Origin: Tubiluchus corallicola
Lineage: Eukaryota > Animalia > Priapulida
Direction of reading: 5' to 3'
Assembly: GCA_030141605.1 (NCBI GenBank)
Contig: JAQGDQ010000122.1
Span: 372,001-436,000, forward strand
DNA length: 64,000 nt
Shown here in pieces: positions 39,664 to 53,761 of the stretch (positions are counted from its first letter, which is position 1; every line of letters begins with the position of its first letter). Made by a program: the position numbers and the translations under genes. A model generated the notes under the pieces. That model saw nothing but the letters and a program-made list of their open reading frames with translations. It did no database searches and had not been told where the DNA came from.

Positions 39664-40213
39664 AGGAAGATGGGATGATTTTTCATAATTATACTACCTC
39701 ATTTGCAAGTCTGATAAAAGTTATACATTTTAACGCAATTAATACTGCAAAGTATATCTGATAATTAATTAACGGCAGGCGAGCTCTGCTATTGATGACA
39801 TCACAAACTAACATAATTTTCAATAGCAAAAATATTCCATGCGTGTGTTGGAAAAGCATAAATTGAAGTACAGTGCTACTGGAAGATGTTCAGTGTGTTG
39901 AAATGGACAAGTTTTAAGATAAAAATACAAATTTTAAATTTATCGCTGTGCTCACGCATGTTCTGTCGAAAGTGTGCAGTTCGCCACGAACTAACAAATC
40001 TGAACTAAGAGGTACAACACCTGTTTTTGTGCAATGCATTTCCAAAATGCAGGCACTAGTGCCTGTCTAACTAACGAATAGCGAAACGTGTGTGACACTG
40101 AAGAACTAGTGGCGCGAACGCTAAATTGTGTTCGTGTGGTAATAATTCTGTTTTCTTTCAATATTTTAAAGAGTAGATTGTTTCCACAGTTTAAGATTGT
40201 GTCCGGTTTTGCT
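39664..40213 (-). mobile_element. Kolobok-like family K, copy 3 (full length, 550 bp)
   Basis: TTAA on both sides (39660-39663, 40214-40217). Right end reverse-complements to agcaaaaccggacacaatctta; left end is aggaagat. Confidence 0.85.
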
Positions 40214-43200
40214 TTAAAAATTATTTGCCATTTTAAACTTTTAAATCCTACGTTAACAGGTGAATTTGGGATTTTGGAATACCTGAATAAATTAGAAACT
40301 ATGCCATTACAAAAACTGGAGAGTACTCTGTTTAACCATCATTATTAAAACATTTTGGTGCCCTTTATGGCATTTGGAAGGTAAAGATTTTTCAGGGATT
40401 TATACATTATGCAAATTAAGAATACATATTGGAGAATAAACTGGTTACTATCACCTCATACCTGTTATGAAATAAATTACAAATAAATAAATGTTATCAT
40501 ATTACATGTATTTTGGCAGAATTTTTGTTTCTAGACATTCTTAAAACAAAGCTATATATAGTGTAACTGTACAAATAGTGTAATTAATAAGCGTTTTCCA
40601 CTGTTGAAATTTATCTCTGCTAAAACCTCGTCAAATCATTTAAATAATTTCTCTATTTTTTGTCCTAACAATAATATTGTGTGTAATAACAATGTTGTAT
40701 GACTAAGTGGACTTGAAGACTTAATCCATAATATGAAAGCTTTATTGCTGACATTAATAGCGAAGTGAATGTTCTTAATGAAATGATAGTTGTTCGTGAT
40801 GACTATCACTGTGAAGTTTTTTATAGCAATATGGTAACTAAAATATCATTTGTCGGGTCTGATTTGGGATCAGATCCCTGCAGTCCTTTGCTGATCAAAG
40901 AATGCGTGGCTACATTAAGCTTCTTTTACGTTATTTTTATGGATCAAACTCTCAGGCCTTTCATCACTGGTTTCTACGCTGAGGACAGTTATTGGCCTCT
41001 GATAATGGAAAAACAAGTGATTGATTGATTGATTGATTTGGGTCTTGATTAAAAGATACAAAAACTGCAAGAGACAAACTCCTCCAGCTCTGATGTGCGT
41101 AATCATTTGTCTAAAGAAGACATGATAACCAAATTAAACATAGTTACCGGAGCACAGTTACATGAATAATTGGAATTTACATTAAACAAAGGAAAGTTTT
41201 TCTGTACAATAACGTTTTATAATAATCAAGATAGCCCTTGCTTTTTACTACTATACTATACTAGATACTAGCTTTTATACTAGATAGTTTTACTGTGATT
41301 TCTGTAAGATTGGATTTACATAACTATAACTGTTATCTAGTGTTAACTTGCTGCCAGCTCTTGTATTTGTGTTTGATCTTTGATACATATATTGTCCACT
41401 TGTAGCGATTTCGTGATGCACTCACTATTATTGCCTGTAGTAAATTGGTCATTTTTGACGGTTTTATAGAGGCTTTGTGAATTTGGAAGTTGTCTCGATT
41501 TTTCATTCCTTATAATGCCATTTTCAACTGTTATTATCAAACTTTATAAATATCCATAAGTGGTTACAATTCAGTTAAATTCAATTATTTATTTTGTTAT
41601 AACAATGACTACTGAACAGTGTACATAAGTACAATACTAACAGATACTTATTCGTATAATCATTCATTCATTATATTATGCGTGTAGTCTTCATCACAAT
41701 AATTATAACAAAATTCAGAAAACTAGCAAATTTGAAACATTCTTGACTTCAGTCCCTGAATAAATTTTTAATTGTGAGAGCTCTGGAGGCCATGTTTGTC
41801 TAAAATAAATAAAGTTGAGCAAAGTGAAACTTGATCATGGACACCACAAGTTAAAATTAAATATTCAGCGTTTTATTAATGCAACAAAGGAACAGGCTTA
41901 TTAATTTTAATGGAAGCTGACATATCATGAAAGTTAATTGACGTTCTTAAAATTTTTGAAACGTCTTGAGATTCTAATATCGTCATTACTGTACACATTG
42001 CAGTTTTATCACAGCGACTAAGTTAAGATAGGTAACCGAGGAGTTGAACTCGGGCAGTCAAACTTGTCAGAGATTAGAATAAGATATGAGACACTAGATT
42101 ACCACATTGCCACATTATTATTCAGCAGCTTTTATTCAGTTTCAGCTGCAGCAAATTGCTCTATTAAGGTGCCTATTAAAAATAATTTTTCACTGTTCCG
42201 CGTTTCCGTGAACGCCAGCCGTTTATTTTACGGCACATTTTAAAGTCAATTCCATCCACTTAATTTTATTGCGGAGCTCAAGATGGTTGGCTGACACTGC
42301 AGCAGCAGTGATAATAATCAAGCGCATGCATTATGCATATGTCAATTCATGTTTTATGGATGAAACAAGTGATACCATGGCTAATGGTGTGCTCCTTGTT
42401 TGCTGTGGTGTTATGTTTGATGGTTTTCTGGCTGCAGCTGTATACACGCCTCTCTGCAATGATCGTCTGATGATGTTTCGTCCATTTTAGTGACATTCTC
42501 TGCAAATTAAACATCTTCATTTTTACCGATTCAATGCTTACTGCCACATATGTTAAAAGGACTAATTGGAAATTGATAATAAGTCTGGATTTCCATGCAT
42601 TTAGATTATGTACAAACTACACGCGACTCTCGAGCCCGGAAATAGTGTTTGGCATACAGACTAATGACGGCAGTAATCTACTAGTCTTACAAGTCAACAG
42701 GAGTAAATGTCTTACTGTTTGGAGTGTTTGCCGAGATAGATCTCTCCGGTATTGATCCGTGTGGTTAAATTACATCTTCCTCCACTAGAATTAGATCAAT
42801 GTCCAGCGTCAATATTAGATTAGTATAATTTCACTGAATAACCAGTGTAAACATTTACTAAACATCATTATCAACTTTGCAGTTTTTGGTGTGGAATTTG
42901 GCGTTCAGTTTTGTGATTTCTAAATTTGCATTTATCTAAGTTTTGACTGATGTTGAACTGTCACCTCGTAGGTATTGGATTCCATCTGATTAAGACCAAT
43001 AGATTGTTGGTTGGAACACCTGGGGACAAGGTTTGGTTCTACTTGAGTTTCCTTCAGTTAGACCAATGGGTTACTCTTGAATCTCTTGGTCCTTATACAA
43101 AAGAGACATTGGGGCTGCCGTGTCCATTTTATTTGTACAGAATCAAAGATCTCATGGAGCAAATGGGTCTGCAGTTAGTCTCACATTTTGTTGTTGACTG

Positions 43201-43936
43201 TACCTAATTTTTGTACCTTTAACTTTGCTAATGCACCACTTCAGTGAAGACCTACTGCTAGTGTCTGGTATTTTTCTGAGTGTTAATGGAGCACTTGTAA
43301 TTCTAATTTCTAGTTTATTCATTGAACGTGAAATCCTAATCATTGTTAAATTTTTGAAACTAAGGTTGATCAAGAGGGACACAAATTGTGAAAAAGTATA
43401 GTCTAGATTTGAAGCAAGAAGCCTCATATTGCAAGGAACCTTCTTCTGTAACAACTAGGCCACACACAACCTTGTGGTCAAGGCAGGCCAGCATTTAATC
43501 TTAATAGCTTATTAAGATAGCTGATTTTCTATACTCATTTTAATGCACTTGCTAATTAACTCTTTTATAATCTTCATTAATAAACTCTCAGTTAATGATT
43601 GGTGTACTTTGGTTTATCTATTTAATCTATATATAACTACTCTAGTATCAAGTATTATGAGTGAAGTAACAGTAGCCCCTTGGAAATATTGGTTTGTTTC
43701 ATGAATTATTATAATTAAATTAAGACTGCCTTGGCTTGATCATAAGTGACTGTGTGCCTGGTTGGGCTTGTCATTCAGAAGTCTGTGGTTCAAGTTCAAA
43801 CCCCGTGTTGACTGTTTCTCATTTGCTACCTTTAGATAGCTTTAGTTGCCTGACTTTGATACGTAAAGTGCATGAAACAATATCTTAGTAATTCGTTTCA
43901 ATTTTTTAGGGCGGATTAGCTCACGATTAGAGCAAG

Positions 43937-44093
43937 ATGGTGGAAGAAAGCAAATCGGTGCAGTTCGGGGTGACTGTGAAGGAGCTCCAAGATTTAATGG
44001 AGCTTCGGGGAGCTGAGGCATGCGAAAAGATACAAGAATCGTACGGAGGTGTGCAAGAATTGTGTAAAAAACTCTACACATCACCGAATGAAG
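43937..44093 (+). CDS. PMCA: Plasma membrane Ca2+-ATPase (P2B), coding exon 1
   Basis: Acceptor ttttttag| (exon starts 43910), in-frame TAG at 43928 before the [55 protein letters not shown](G); phase-1 donor AAG|gtattt. Too short for the ORF track. Confidence 0.95.
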
Positions 44094-45687
44094 GTATTTA
44101 TCGTTAACTATCATATTACTTGGGCCAATTATAATAATCGTTTTTCTCTTTACTCAGTTTTTTGAGTGATTTCTGTTTAAGTGATTTCAAGAAATAAACA
44201 TGATGCAAAACAGCATTGGGATGTATATTTTTACCAGTGAAGTCTAACTGCCCAAATCTTCTCTATTTGAGTCCGGTTCTAAGTCTGAGTTCTTACTTCA
44301 TGAGTTTGAATCTGACCATCAAAGTCATTTGCATATTTAGCCTTTAAAAAGCTTGCCAAAGATGGTATTTGAACAAAGTATAGAAACACAGTCGTTCCCA
44401 AAATGACGTTATACTACTATGGAGATTCACTTGATGTTCTCGGCAATTCTCGCAACTGGTTTCTAAATGCTAATAACTTTGTTCGTAGATTGATAGGCCC
44501 TACTCGATTTTCGGTGCTTCTCATAGTGTCAGACCAGACATCCGTAACGCTAGAATAGCTGCTTATAAATACAGGATTTTTCTTCTGGCTTCTTATTTCG
44601 TGAAATTGTTGCTGCCCTGAAATTTTCAAACTCACTTGAGTCAATTCAAGACAAAATCAACAATATAATACTTTCTGTCACTATACTGTTGTGCTCATAA
44701 CGTTAAGTATTAACTTTTCAAACTACAATATTGAAACTTTCGAGTATCACCACTTTAGAGAAACTTTTACAGTAAAATAATATTCATCCAGGAATCGGAA
44801 TCTGAATCACTAAGAAAATCGTTAGAAATTTTGGTATCGTCCCGTCGCTAATCAAAGCAATGCCGACAATCTTTAAAAATGAGCATTAAAAAGGTCATGA
44901 AATAAGCCTTAAAAATGGAAAATTGGATTTTTTCGTTGATAGCTAGGCCTGCATACTTTTGTAATGAGAATAAATATTGTATGTATACACTCGATATAGT
45001 GTTTGTTTATACATTTAACTACACGAACTTATGAGATATAGTAGGGATATGTCCTTGACTGCATTCCCATTTGCAATGTAAATGTAGCCTACATAGACAA
45101 TTCTGTGTTTACAAGTACGGTGTACTGACTTATATACATGTATGTCTAGCTAAAGTGCAGTACAAAATGTGGCAAAATGATACTTTCCTATGTATCCTTC
45201 TTCATTTTTAAAACAAAAATGGGTAACTTCATGTATGATCTAGACCATACTTTGTTCACTTAGGGAGACCTGACAATTGATTTTATTATTTAAACAGCAT
45301 TGCTATTTTCACAGATGAATTAATTAATAATGTGAAACTGATTTTCTATTTTATTTGTTTTCCGCCAAAAGTTGATTTTTCTTTTCCCCCCGCAAAATCT
45401 CGCAACGGAATGTTTGCATTGGTTATTATTGTTTCCATTCACAGTCAGTAATCGTGGAATAATATTGACCAACTCATTGATTTCGAGCCTACAATTATGG
45501 CCGTATAAAATCTAGTGATAATAATTGTAGGAGAGTGACATTGAATGAACAGGAAGTGTCAATAATAAAATTAAACCATTTGTCTCTGTAGTACTCTGCA
45601 ATGCAGTTATTTTCTTTATGGTAATGATAGTATATGAGACATGACATCACGGTATGATGTAATTAGTAGCAATTACATTGATTAGTA

Positions 45688-46000
45688 GTAATCACATTGA
45701 AAAAACTTCATACACCTTGATCACTGGGTTTTAGTTTTAGTAATCACATTTAAAAAAACTTCATACACCTTGATCACTGGGTTTTAGTTTTAGTAATTAC
45801 ATTTAAAAAAACTTCATACACCTTGATCACTGGGTTTTAGTTTTAGTAATTACATTGAAAAAACTTCATACACCTTGATCACTGGGTTTTAGTTTTAGTA
45901 ATTACATTGAAAAAAACTTCATACACCTTGATCACAGGGTTTTAGTTTTAGTAATTACATTGAAAAAACTTCATACACATTGATCACTGGGTTTAGTTTT
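45688..46000. repeat. 52-53 bp minisatellite, 6 copies
   Basis: gtaat(c/t)acatt(g/t)aaaaaacttcatacaccttgatcactgggttttagtttta, nearly identical copies differing mainly in A-run length. Confidence 0.95.
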
Positions 46001-47539
46001 TCAGTGCCTATAACAATTCCTGTCCTGTGTTGAAGTGTCAGTTTTACAAAATGACCACTCGCATCGTAATGATGAGGATTTTGTCAGTTGTTTGTTTTTG
46101 TTCTGATGTGTTATAAAAAGTCAAGTGCGGGCATTTTTTTAACATGACGTAAAAAACTTTTTGCATGATGGTAGCAAAAATACGTTGTGCATGAATTGCC
46201 GAAATTCATTTTTTTATGTGACGTCAGTTCCAAAATGTGACGTCATATTTTTTGCACATGGCGGCTATGGCCATATTTGTATGATCTGGTTGTTTTGTTG
46301 TATCCTTGTGCCATATGTTTGAGAGGCAGAGAGGGAAAAATGCAAAAGTGAAAAATAACGGTTAGTATAATATATAGCAACCATTTTCAAGTAACGAAAA
46401 TGGAAAAATATTAGTTCTACTCCAAACGTAAAAAGCACGTTTGAATCAGCAGAAGTACTGTAAGTTTCTGTACATGTCTGGATGTGGAAGCTCATTTTAT
46501 TGACTTTGTATTTCAAAATCTGATTTTTTGTAAATTTACTTAATAAACTTTATTGGGTATAACTAAAATGTGTGCTTTGAAAAATGTACTTTGTCTTTGG
46601 TTGATAATCTTGTTTTGTCAATTTAAGCAAAATTTACTTTTGTAATTTTTATAACTTACTATTATAAGAACTGTAACATTTCTAATCTGCAAAACGTATT
46701 GTACTCTTAAATACTATGTCATCTACTTATTGTTCAAATAGGCAAAGGCAAAATTTGTTGTTTTTGAAAAGGTCAGAATATCCTTGTTTTGCATTACATT
46801 TACTTCGTCTTAAAATTTTATTTATTTTTCTTACATACTGTTAGGAAATGAATTAAATTCAACAGTTTTGCAACTTCACTTCACAACAAATCCTCCCAGT
46901 TTCAGGCTTCTGTCTCTCACAGTTGTCAATTCTTTATGGTGGCCTTGTTTGCTTATAACATTTCTCTGTTTACATACTTAGTTAGTCTGCTTCTAGCTTC
47001 GTGTTTTGCTTGCAAAACCCAGGCTGGAGCTTGTCCGAAGTCAAGTGTTGCAACTCTGGTTCTCGCTTTCCTGTTTGCTCTGTCTTGTCAGATCTTAACG
47101 ATGTTTTTAATTACACTTGGATGTCTAATAAGAAAATGTAATTGTCAAAACTGGGTAGTATATATGCGTGAAATATGAAGAAATTTCCGGAATCTAATTT
47201 GAAAACAGACAGTGTTGCCAAATCATATCAAACTTGTGTATTTTAATATCATACAACATCATTCTTATATAAAATCATATCACACAAATAAGGTAGCGTC
47301 CTAATAGTGTACGGAGCATAACTACAGAAAAGAGTACTAACTATACTTATTCGAATCACGAGTATGAACGTCCCCTACAAGGTGTACATACGACTTGATT
47401 GGATATTTCTTGAGAAAGTGCCATGTTTTTATTTATATAAATGTGTCAATCAATCAGCGTTCGGTATGTTAAAAGCCTCAGAAGATCATCAGCTTTCTGT
47501 CAGTCATGTTTTTTGTTATGATTGAGCCAATTAGGACCT

Positions 47540-47900
47540 TCTGCGGTTAATCCGACATTGATCTCCTTTCTCTTTCTTCACGTTGTATGATTGCCATTGA
47601 TTCTTCCTTATTTGTTCTCGTTACATTTTTTTGGTAGTCCATGTATAGTTTGGAGAAGAGGGCCTTAATTAACCTAATTAAGCTAATTGAAGAGCATGGT
47701 AAGTTCCTAAGGTCATATTCTCGGAAATGACAGAACTTGAAAGACATTCCAGATTGTCAGTGTAAACAAATCAAGTCATCATTACAACTATTGTATAAAA
47801 TCGCTAAAGGCCTATTCTTATGCATTTCCAGCTTCTTCTTTTAAATGACTTTGCTTCTTTTTCACCCGATGATGAGTTCTGTCCATTTTAATAGAGACCA
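47540..47900 (-). mobile_element. Highly decayed RTE-type LINE RT fragment
   Basis: Minus-strand LIRLIKAL...LYMD...VTRTNKEES resembles the RTE segment that precedes GVRQG; the core motif itself is destroyed. Confidence 0.4.
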
Positions 47901-48234
47901 AACTTCAGGCTTACAAGTCTGACAGAACTACATGAGTGCACACACTCAGGTTAATATACTTGACATCATTGTTCTTTCTACGTCAGGTCTTTCTCTCAAA
48001 GTCATCAGGACATTGTGCAAGCAGCAAGCTGCCATTTCTTAAGAACAATACTAAATCTGAACAGCCAGTGTGGGAGTCGAACTTGCTACCTTTGATCATC
48101 CATTAAGGATCTGCTAACCATGGTTGGTTAAATGACCTGGACAAAACCTAATATTTATGCAGTAAAGGCAAGCATGTAGAAGTTAAGATGCCTCAGTTCT
48201 GCTGCTGATTACTTTTCATACAACTACAACAGTA

Positions 48235-48345
48235 ACTGCGACACATGATTACTCAATCGGTTCTGTGCCTGCTTTTGATTCCGGGGTTTGGGTTCTGCTC
48301 CTCTGCTGGGTCATACCAGAGATTTCAAATGGTATCTGTTTTTCG
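48235..48345 (+). mobile_element. Decayed MetaSINE-like element
   Basis: gggttctgctcc (B-box remnant) then gggtcataccagagatttcaaatggtatctg, matching the core at 29505-29540. Confidence 0.55.
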
Positions 48346-51300
48346 AAGCATACCGCGATGATTGTCGCAATTGTCAGGGCAAAAAGTGGAGTAATAATAA
48401 GACCCCTACGATCTTGTTGTATAACGCCAAATGTAGAACCTACTCTTTGGGTTTATATGACCATACCGAAGAAAACTTCTGCATTTTGCAGCGAGGAGTG
48501 AATGCTGTTTGAAAGTTTATAAGAGTATATTTTATTGTCATATTTATCTTTGTTGCAATGCAGAGTGATCGGAAGAAACAGTGCTGCACATAAAGATGCT
48601 GTGCGATAATTTTCTACAAAATGCAGAAAATTCATTTCTTAAAGTTTGTCTCATGATTTTTCTTGTTACTATTGTACAGTTTCTTTTGGAACACCCTGCA
48701 CATGGGTGTCGGTATATACCTGCATATTAGTTTTTATCCAACATTTCTATGCACATGCAGCTAGCTGATTAATAAATTGGACTCCTGTTTTGTGTTTTAT
48801 TTTCTTTCACATTGCTGGAGAATAGAACTCAGGTCCTCTAAACTGAAGCTTTTACTTAGTTGTGTTCCTAGGGAACCTAATTGGTTATCTCAAGTTGTTC
48901 AACTCACGTGTACAGTTTTCGTGGAACGCCACTCATACCCAGCAAGGGATAGATTTAATTAAAGGCATTTTATCCTGCCTTGTTTGAACAGCCATTCCTC
49001 TGATTGCAAATCTCGATATTCATGGCAGTTTTCCTTCTCAATGTTTCTAACCTTCAAGTCTTTCTCTCAGCAAAATCCTGTCTAAATATTAGCTTTATTT
49101 CTTCCTTCTGTCTAGATTTTCTCATTTGTACAGGAAATAGTCCTGCATGTGCAGCTTCAAACTAGAAGGGTTGCTATGACAACAGCATTGGGTAAATTTT
49201 TCCTCTCAGTGAGTAGCTTCAATTCAAACTATTGGCAACATGATCACGGGTTGCGTGACATTAGTGCTTATTTTTTCTACGTGCCTGGTAAAACTGACTA
49301 TGACTGGCAGGGTTTCTGCACTAATTAAGAAAATCTTAATGAGTTTTTGCAGTCCATTCTCCATTAATGTATGTTTTTCAATTAATTCCGTATGACGTAA
49401 ATCTTTTCTGTGCCTTTTCCTCAACTTATGTTTCCAGATAATTTACCTGGTCAATTGATCACGTTTTTCTTAGTGTTTATCTTTACAGTAATAATGGAGT
49501 CATAATTATTTTAGTTTGACCATTTTTGAGTTGTAGCTAAATTCATTTAACTGTATGTTTTAAGGTTACATGCCCTTAGATCAAGAAGTGCAATTTCCTA
49601 TTGATTTCGGGCAAAACATTCATGTAGAGATGTACTGTTATTCGACATTATTGATATGGAATAAACGATGCTGTCAATATATTAACATGTGAGTGTGAGC
49701 ACTTGTGTATACCTAGCATGGAATAATGGTGGATGGAATAATACATTTTCCATGTTGTTTTCATTATGATATAGTGGATACGTAAACAACAGCATGCGAT
49801 ATACAGTACATCCGTGTTGATAGTTGAGCCAGGAGCAGAAAATGTGTAAATAATAATGTTGTCTTTGTTTCCAAATTTAACTTTCAAACAAGCTATTTTC
49901 AAAAGTTACTTTGGTTAGCACAACAGCACAAGAGAGATTACGTTCTCATCAAAGGCTTAAACACCTTCGTCCAACTTCAAGACAGATTCTAGAGTTGAAC
50001 GAGTGACCAACATGACTCGCTCGGTTATGTTCTCATCAAAAATTTTGAAACAAACGAAAATGTTAACCACTGCTCTCACGAAGAGCAGTTTATTGTTGAA
50101 CATTTGCACTTTCTGAACAAAATTAGCTCAAGAGATGGAATGCTTAACGTGAGGATTATTGCGGAAAAGCCAAAAGAACATCGCACTATGTTCAGTTAAT
50201 CTTCATAAAAGCCCTTCGATTTTGCAAGGCACTCTGAGCTAAAGAAAATGTTCAATAAGATGGATGCTAGCAGCCCAGTGGTCAGTTTGTAAAGGAAACT
50301 GTGTGGTAAGCAGTGACCCAAATGATGGAATTTTTCCCTGCTCCACCGTTAGTAAGGGAGTGCATTAAGTATGACTTGTGCTACTGAGGTACTTCAACTT
50401 TTACTCAGAAGAGGTGATGAGATTTCTACGGATGAGAACAGACACGACCAGCAGAATTCAGAGATTCCTAGATAGATAAGGTCTACAGAGCTTTGAGTGA
50501 ATTCCAGGCAGGAATTAGCATCACAAAAGATGAACTTGGCAGTCCCAAGGATTTGCCTGAACTTCCTCTCAACTGTTTGGGAGACTCGACCATCAGTAAA
50601 AGCGGCAAATTGTTTAGATCAGACATTGCTGTTCTTTACTGTGATTTAGACAATTCAAATGACTGTGTCACAGAATAAATGATAAATATTCTTTTTTGTA
50701 ACACATTGCACACTATCTTTCTGCCTTTTGCATTCTGCAAGTAACACTGTCATGTTCTCTAGAGACATTGCAGCCAACTCCTAGCATTGACTGTTTTTTT
50801 AGAATGAATGCTTATCCCTTTATGTGTTTTGGCTCTTTGCCATAGTGTATTCTTCCACAAGGCATGGTATAATTTTCTGTAGCAGTCAATGTGACGACCT
50901 TCCGCCATTAGCTTTCTGTCTGCAAACGGCCATGTTGTGATCTAGCTCTTGTCAATCTTTGCAGAAAGTGGCTACAACTAGATATTATTGCTGTGCACTT
51001 GTAGGTAATTGCCATCAACCGACTAGATTTGGTCAGCAGTTTGGCAGATGTTGCCAACGTAATGCGGCAATGACTTTGTTTTGTTGTTGCATCTGCTTTA
51101 TTGACGAAGAAATAAATTGAACCGATGTCGTCTGCCGTCTCATCAAACCCGGTTTAACGTCTGTAATCCGCACAGACAGCAATTAATGAGCGCAATGCAG
51201 AATCAGCCACTAGCTTCCTTTCGATAAAACTTTCCCATTAAAAGTGTATAAGTTGCTTCTGGTGTTTTGCATGTGAATAAACCTAACTCGAATTGAATCG

Positions 51301-52650
51301 AGTTGAATAACTTCCACTTGGTTGTCGATGTAAATGAAAACGGTTAATTTATTATCTCCCAATACTAGCGCCTCCAATTTTAATTTCAAAAGCTGATGTA
51401 CTATGATAGAAAGTGTTTATTGTGGTAGTTGCAATCAATAAAAGATTTAATCGAAGTAGTACTTTGCCTCATACTTACTTTAATTAGTTTCTGTGTGCTT
51501 CTTGATGACCAAGTAGTTAAACCGTTTGGCAAAATTCAGTCGCCAAGAGCCTAGTATAGTGTTCCAAGTGTTATCTCTGGGCGAGCTTAGCCTGTTTAAT
51601 ATTTAGGCAGTTGGAGGCTGTCGTTAGTTGATTTTTGTGGCTTCTATCAAAACATATTGAGTAGAATAGAAGTATTTCTTCTTATTTTACCACCAGTACT
51701 TTGGCCAACACTTGCCTGGGGTTTCCAGTTATGATCAGTAGCAGGAACTAATTTTTTGTATGGGTGGTTGTCCACTTACGACCTATACAACTTACGACCG
51801 GATCACAACTTAATTAATTAATAATACAAAACCAACTGTAACTCATGTTTCCTCCTAAATTTGAATGATCATCTATTTCGTAGGCAAGGTCATACTTAGC
51901 ATGCGTACACACACAACATCTTACATGTAGGGGTGCACCGCTTGAATATACCGGTCCGATTTGTGTCCAATTCATCTTCTGACCAATCGGCCCAAGTCAG
52001 TGACAACCTATATATACAAAACTTGTGCCACTGATGGATGACTTGTTGCAGTGACTTTTACCTTAAGTGACACTAACATTTAGTTTATCACAAGCAAAAG
52101 GACAGTGGTTACAATAAAGAGCTAACTTTAGTTGCTAATTATTTGAAAAAGGAACGTAGGTGCATGTGCGATATACATAAAACAATTCGTGCGACAATAC
52201 AGAGGTGAAGCAGCTGTATGTAAATTGTGTGAAAATAGAGAGACTAATGAAACCAACAGTAACAAAAGGAGGTAAAATTGATTATTGGATGCAGCAAGAA
52301 AATTTTCACTGTTTTTTTTTTAAATATTATTTACTTTGTTTTTGTTTGGATTACACTTGCACAGCAATTTTGTGAATTTTTCATTTTAGTGGCTTACAAC
52401 ACGTGCAATTACTGTTTTCTTGTTGATGCCAAATATATACTGACAGGTTGACATTTCGAAATTATTTTATTGCATGTGCATGCATATGGAAATAATGCAA
52501 GGATGAGGTGGTGCTATTCTGCCTCCGTATCGCTTGTAATGCTTTCGTTTCATCCTATGCAGTGTGAAAGTTTTTCTGTGTCAGAACGTAAAACATTTTT
52601 CTTATGGTTGTTTACAGTGGTTTTGATTAAAACTGACAGTTGAACATTAA

Positions 52651-53245
52651 AGGAAAACCGGACCCAATCCTAAAATGTAGCTCAAAACAATCTACCCTAT
52701 AAAATATTGAAAGGCAACATACCATTTTCTTCAGGAATGACTTATGTGAAATAAATGTAATTTTGAGTTCGCACAGCTAGTTCTTCGCTGTTACATGCAT
52801 TTTGCCATTTGCTAGTTAGACGGGCACTAAGACCTACATCTCGGAAGTGCGTAGCACTAAAAACAGGTGCTGTAGCTCTCAGTTCATAGATGTTCAGTTG
52901 TGTTGTAGTGCGCACATTCAAGAGCTCGTGAGCATAGTGGTAAATTTGAATTTTAAACTTAAAATTTGCGGAGTTTTTGTATATTACATTGAATGTTGTA
53001 CAGTAACACTATATTTCAATTTCTGTTTTCGTGAACACGTGCAACATGCTCATGGTATTTTTGTGCTGTTTAAAATTATGTTCATTTGTGATGTCATCAT
53101 TAGTTATGTTTGTCCGCCATTAATTAAGCTTTTAACCTATTATTTAATTATCAGAAGTGCTTTAGAATTATTATAGGTGTTAAAATGTATACTTCTTACT
53201 GTACTTCAAAATGGGGTAGGATATGAAAAATCGTCGTATTTTCCT
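52651..53245 (+). mobile_element. Kolobok-like family K, copy 4 (full length, 595 bp)
   Basis: TTAA|aggaaaaccggacccaatcc ... cgtattttcct|TTAG; short TIR AGGAAAA/TTTTCCT. Confidence 0.85.
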
Positions 53246-53560
53246 TTAGTTTTGTACAAGGAATCACAGCAGAAGTATGGATAGATTCACTCTGTATTCA
53301 GTCTGATAATGAACCAGGTTTTGGTGACCCTGCAAATGTATTTTGAGTGATCCCTGCCTTTGAGTGCTTTCCAACTTGTCCATACAGAATTGTATTAAAA
53401 ATAAATAGGTTATGTTTTTCTTAAATTAAGCACATTCGAATAATTATCGTAATTTTAGTTTAATGTTGATGAGTTTTTCCGTCTTAAGATTTACATACTT
53501 TATTACTGATAATCAAGATGTTTCTTTTGGGTTTTTAAATTATTGTAATTTCTTTTACAG

Positions 53561-53761
53561 GCCTCAGCGGATCCGAGTCGGATTTGGAACACAGGCGGCA
53601 TGTCTACAGTTCTAACATTATTCCACCAAAAAAGCCGAAAACGTTCTTACAATTAGTATGGGAAGCCCTACAGGACGTCACGCTAATAATATTAGAGATA
53701 GCTGCAGTTATATCATTAGGCTTGTCATTTTATAAACCGCCTGCAGACTTGGGTGACGAAT
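53561..53761 (+). CDS. PMCA: PMCA coding exon 2 (N-terminal domain, TM1)
   Basis: tcttttacag| (G)[66 protein letters not shown] |gtaagt; phase 1-1. Confidence 0.97.

Noticed and set aside
40900-41540. Minus-strand QRPITVLS resembling the LINE NYRPISLL motif
   Set aside because: Probably a very old LINE scrap, but no second RT motif could be recovered.
44211-44850. Possible old hAT MITE (cagcattggga ... tcccgtcgcta)
   Set aside because: The TIR match is weak and no TSD is evident.
49900-50700. Coding-like composition with short ORFs such as 50493..50678
   Set aside because: Interrupted frames and no recognisable domain; may be a decayed TE but cannot be supported.
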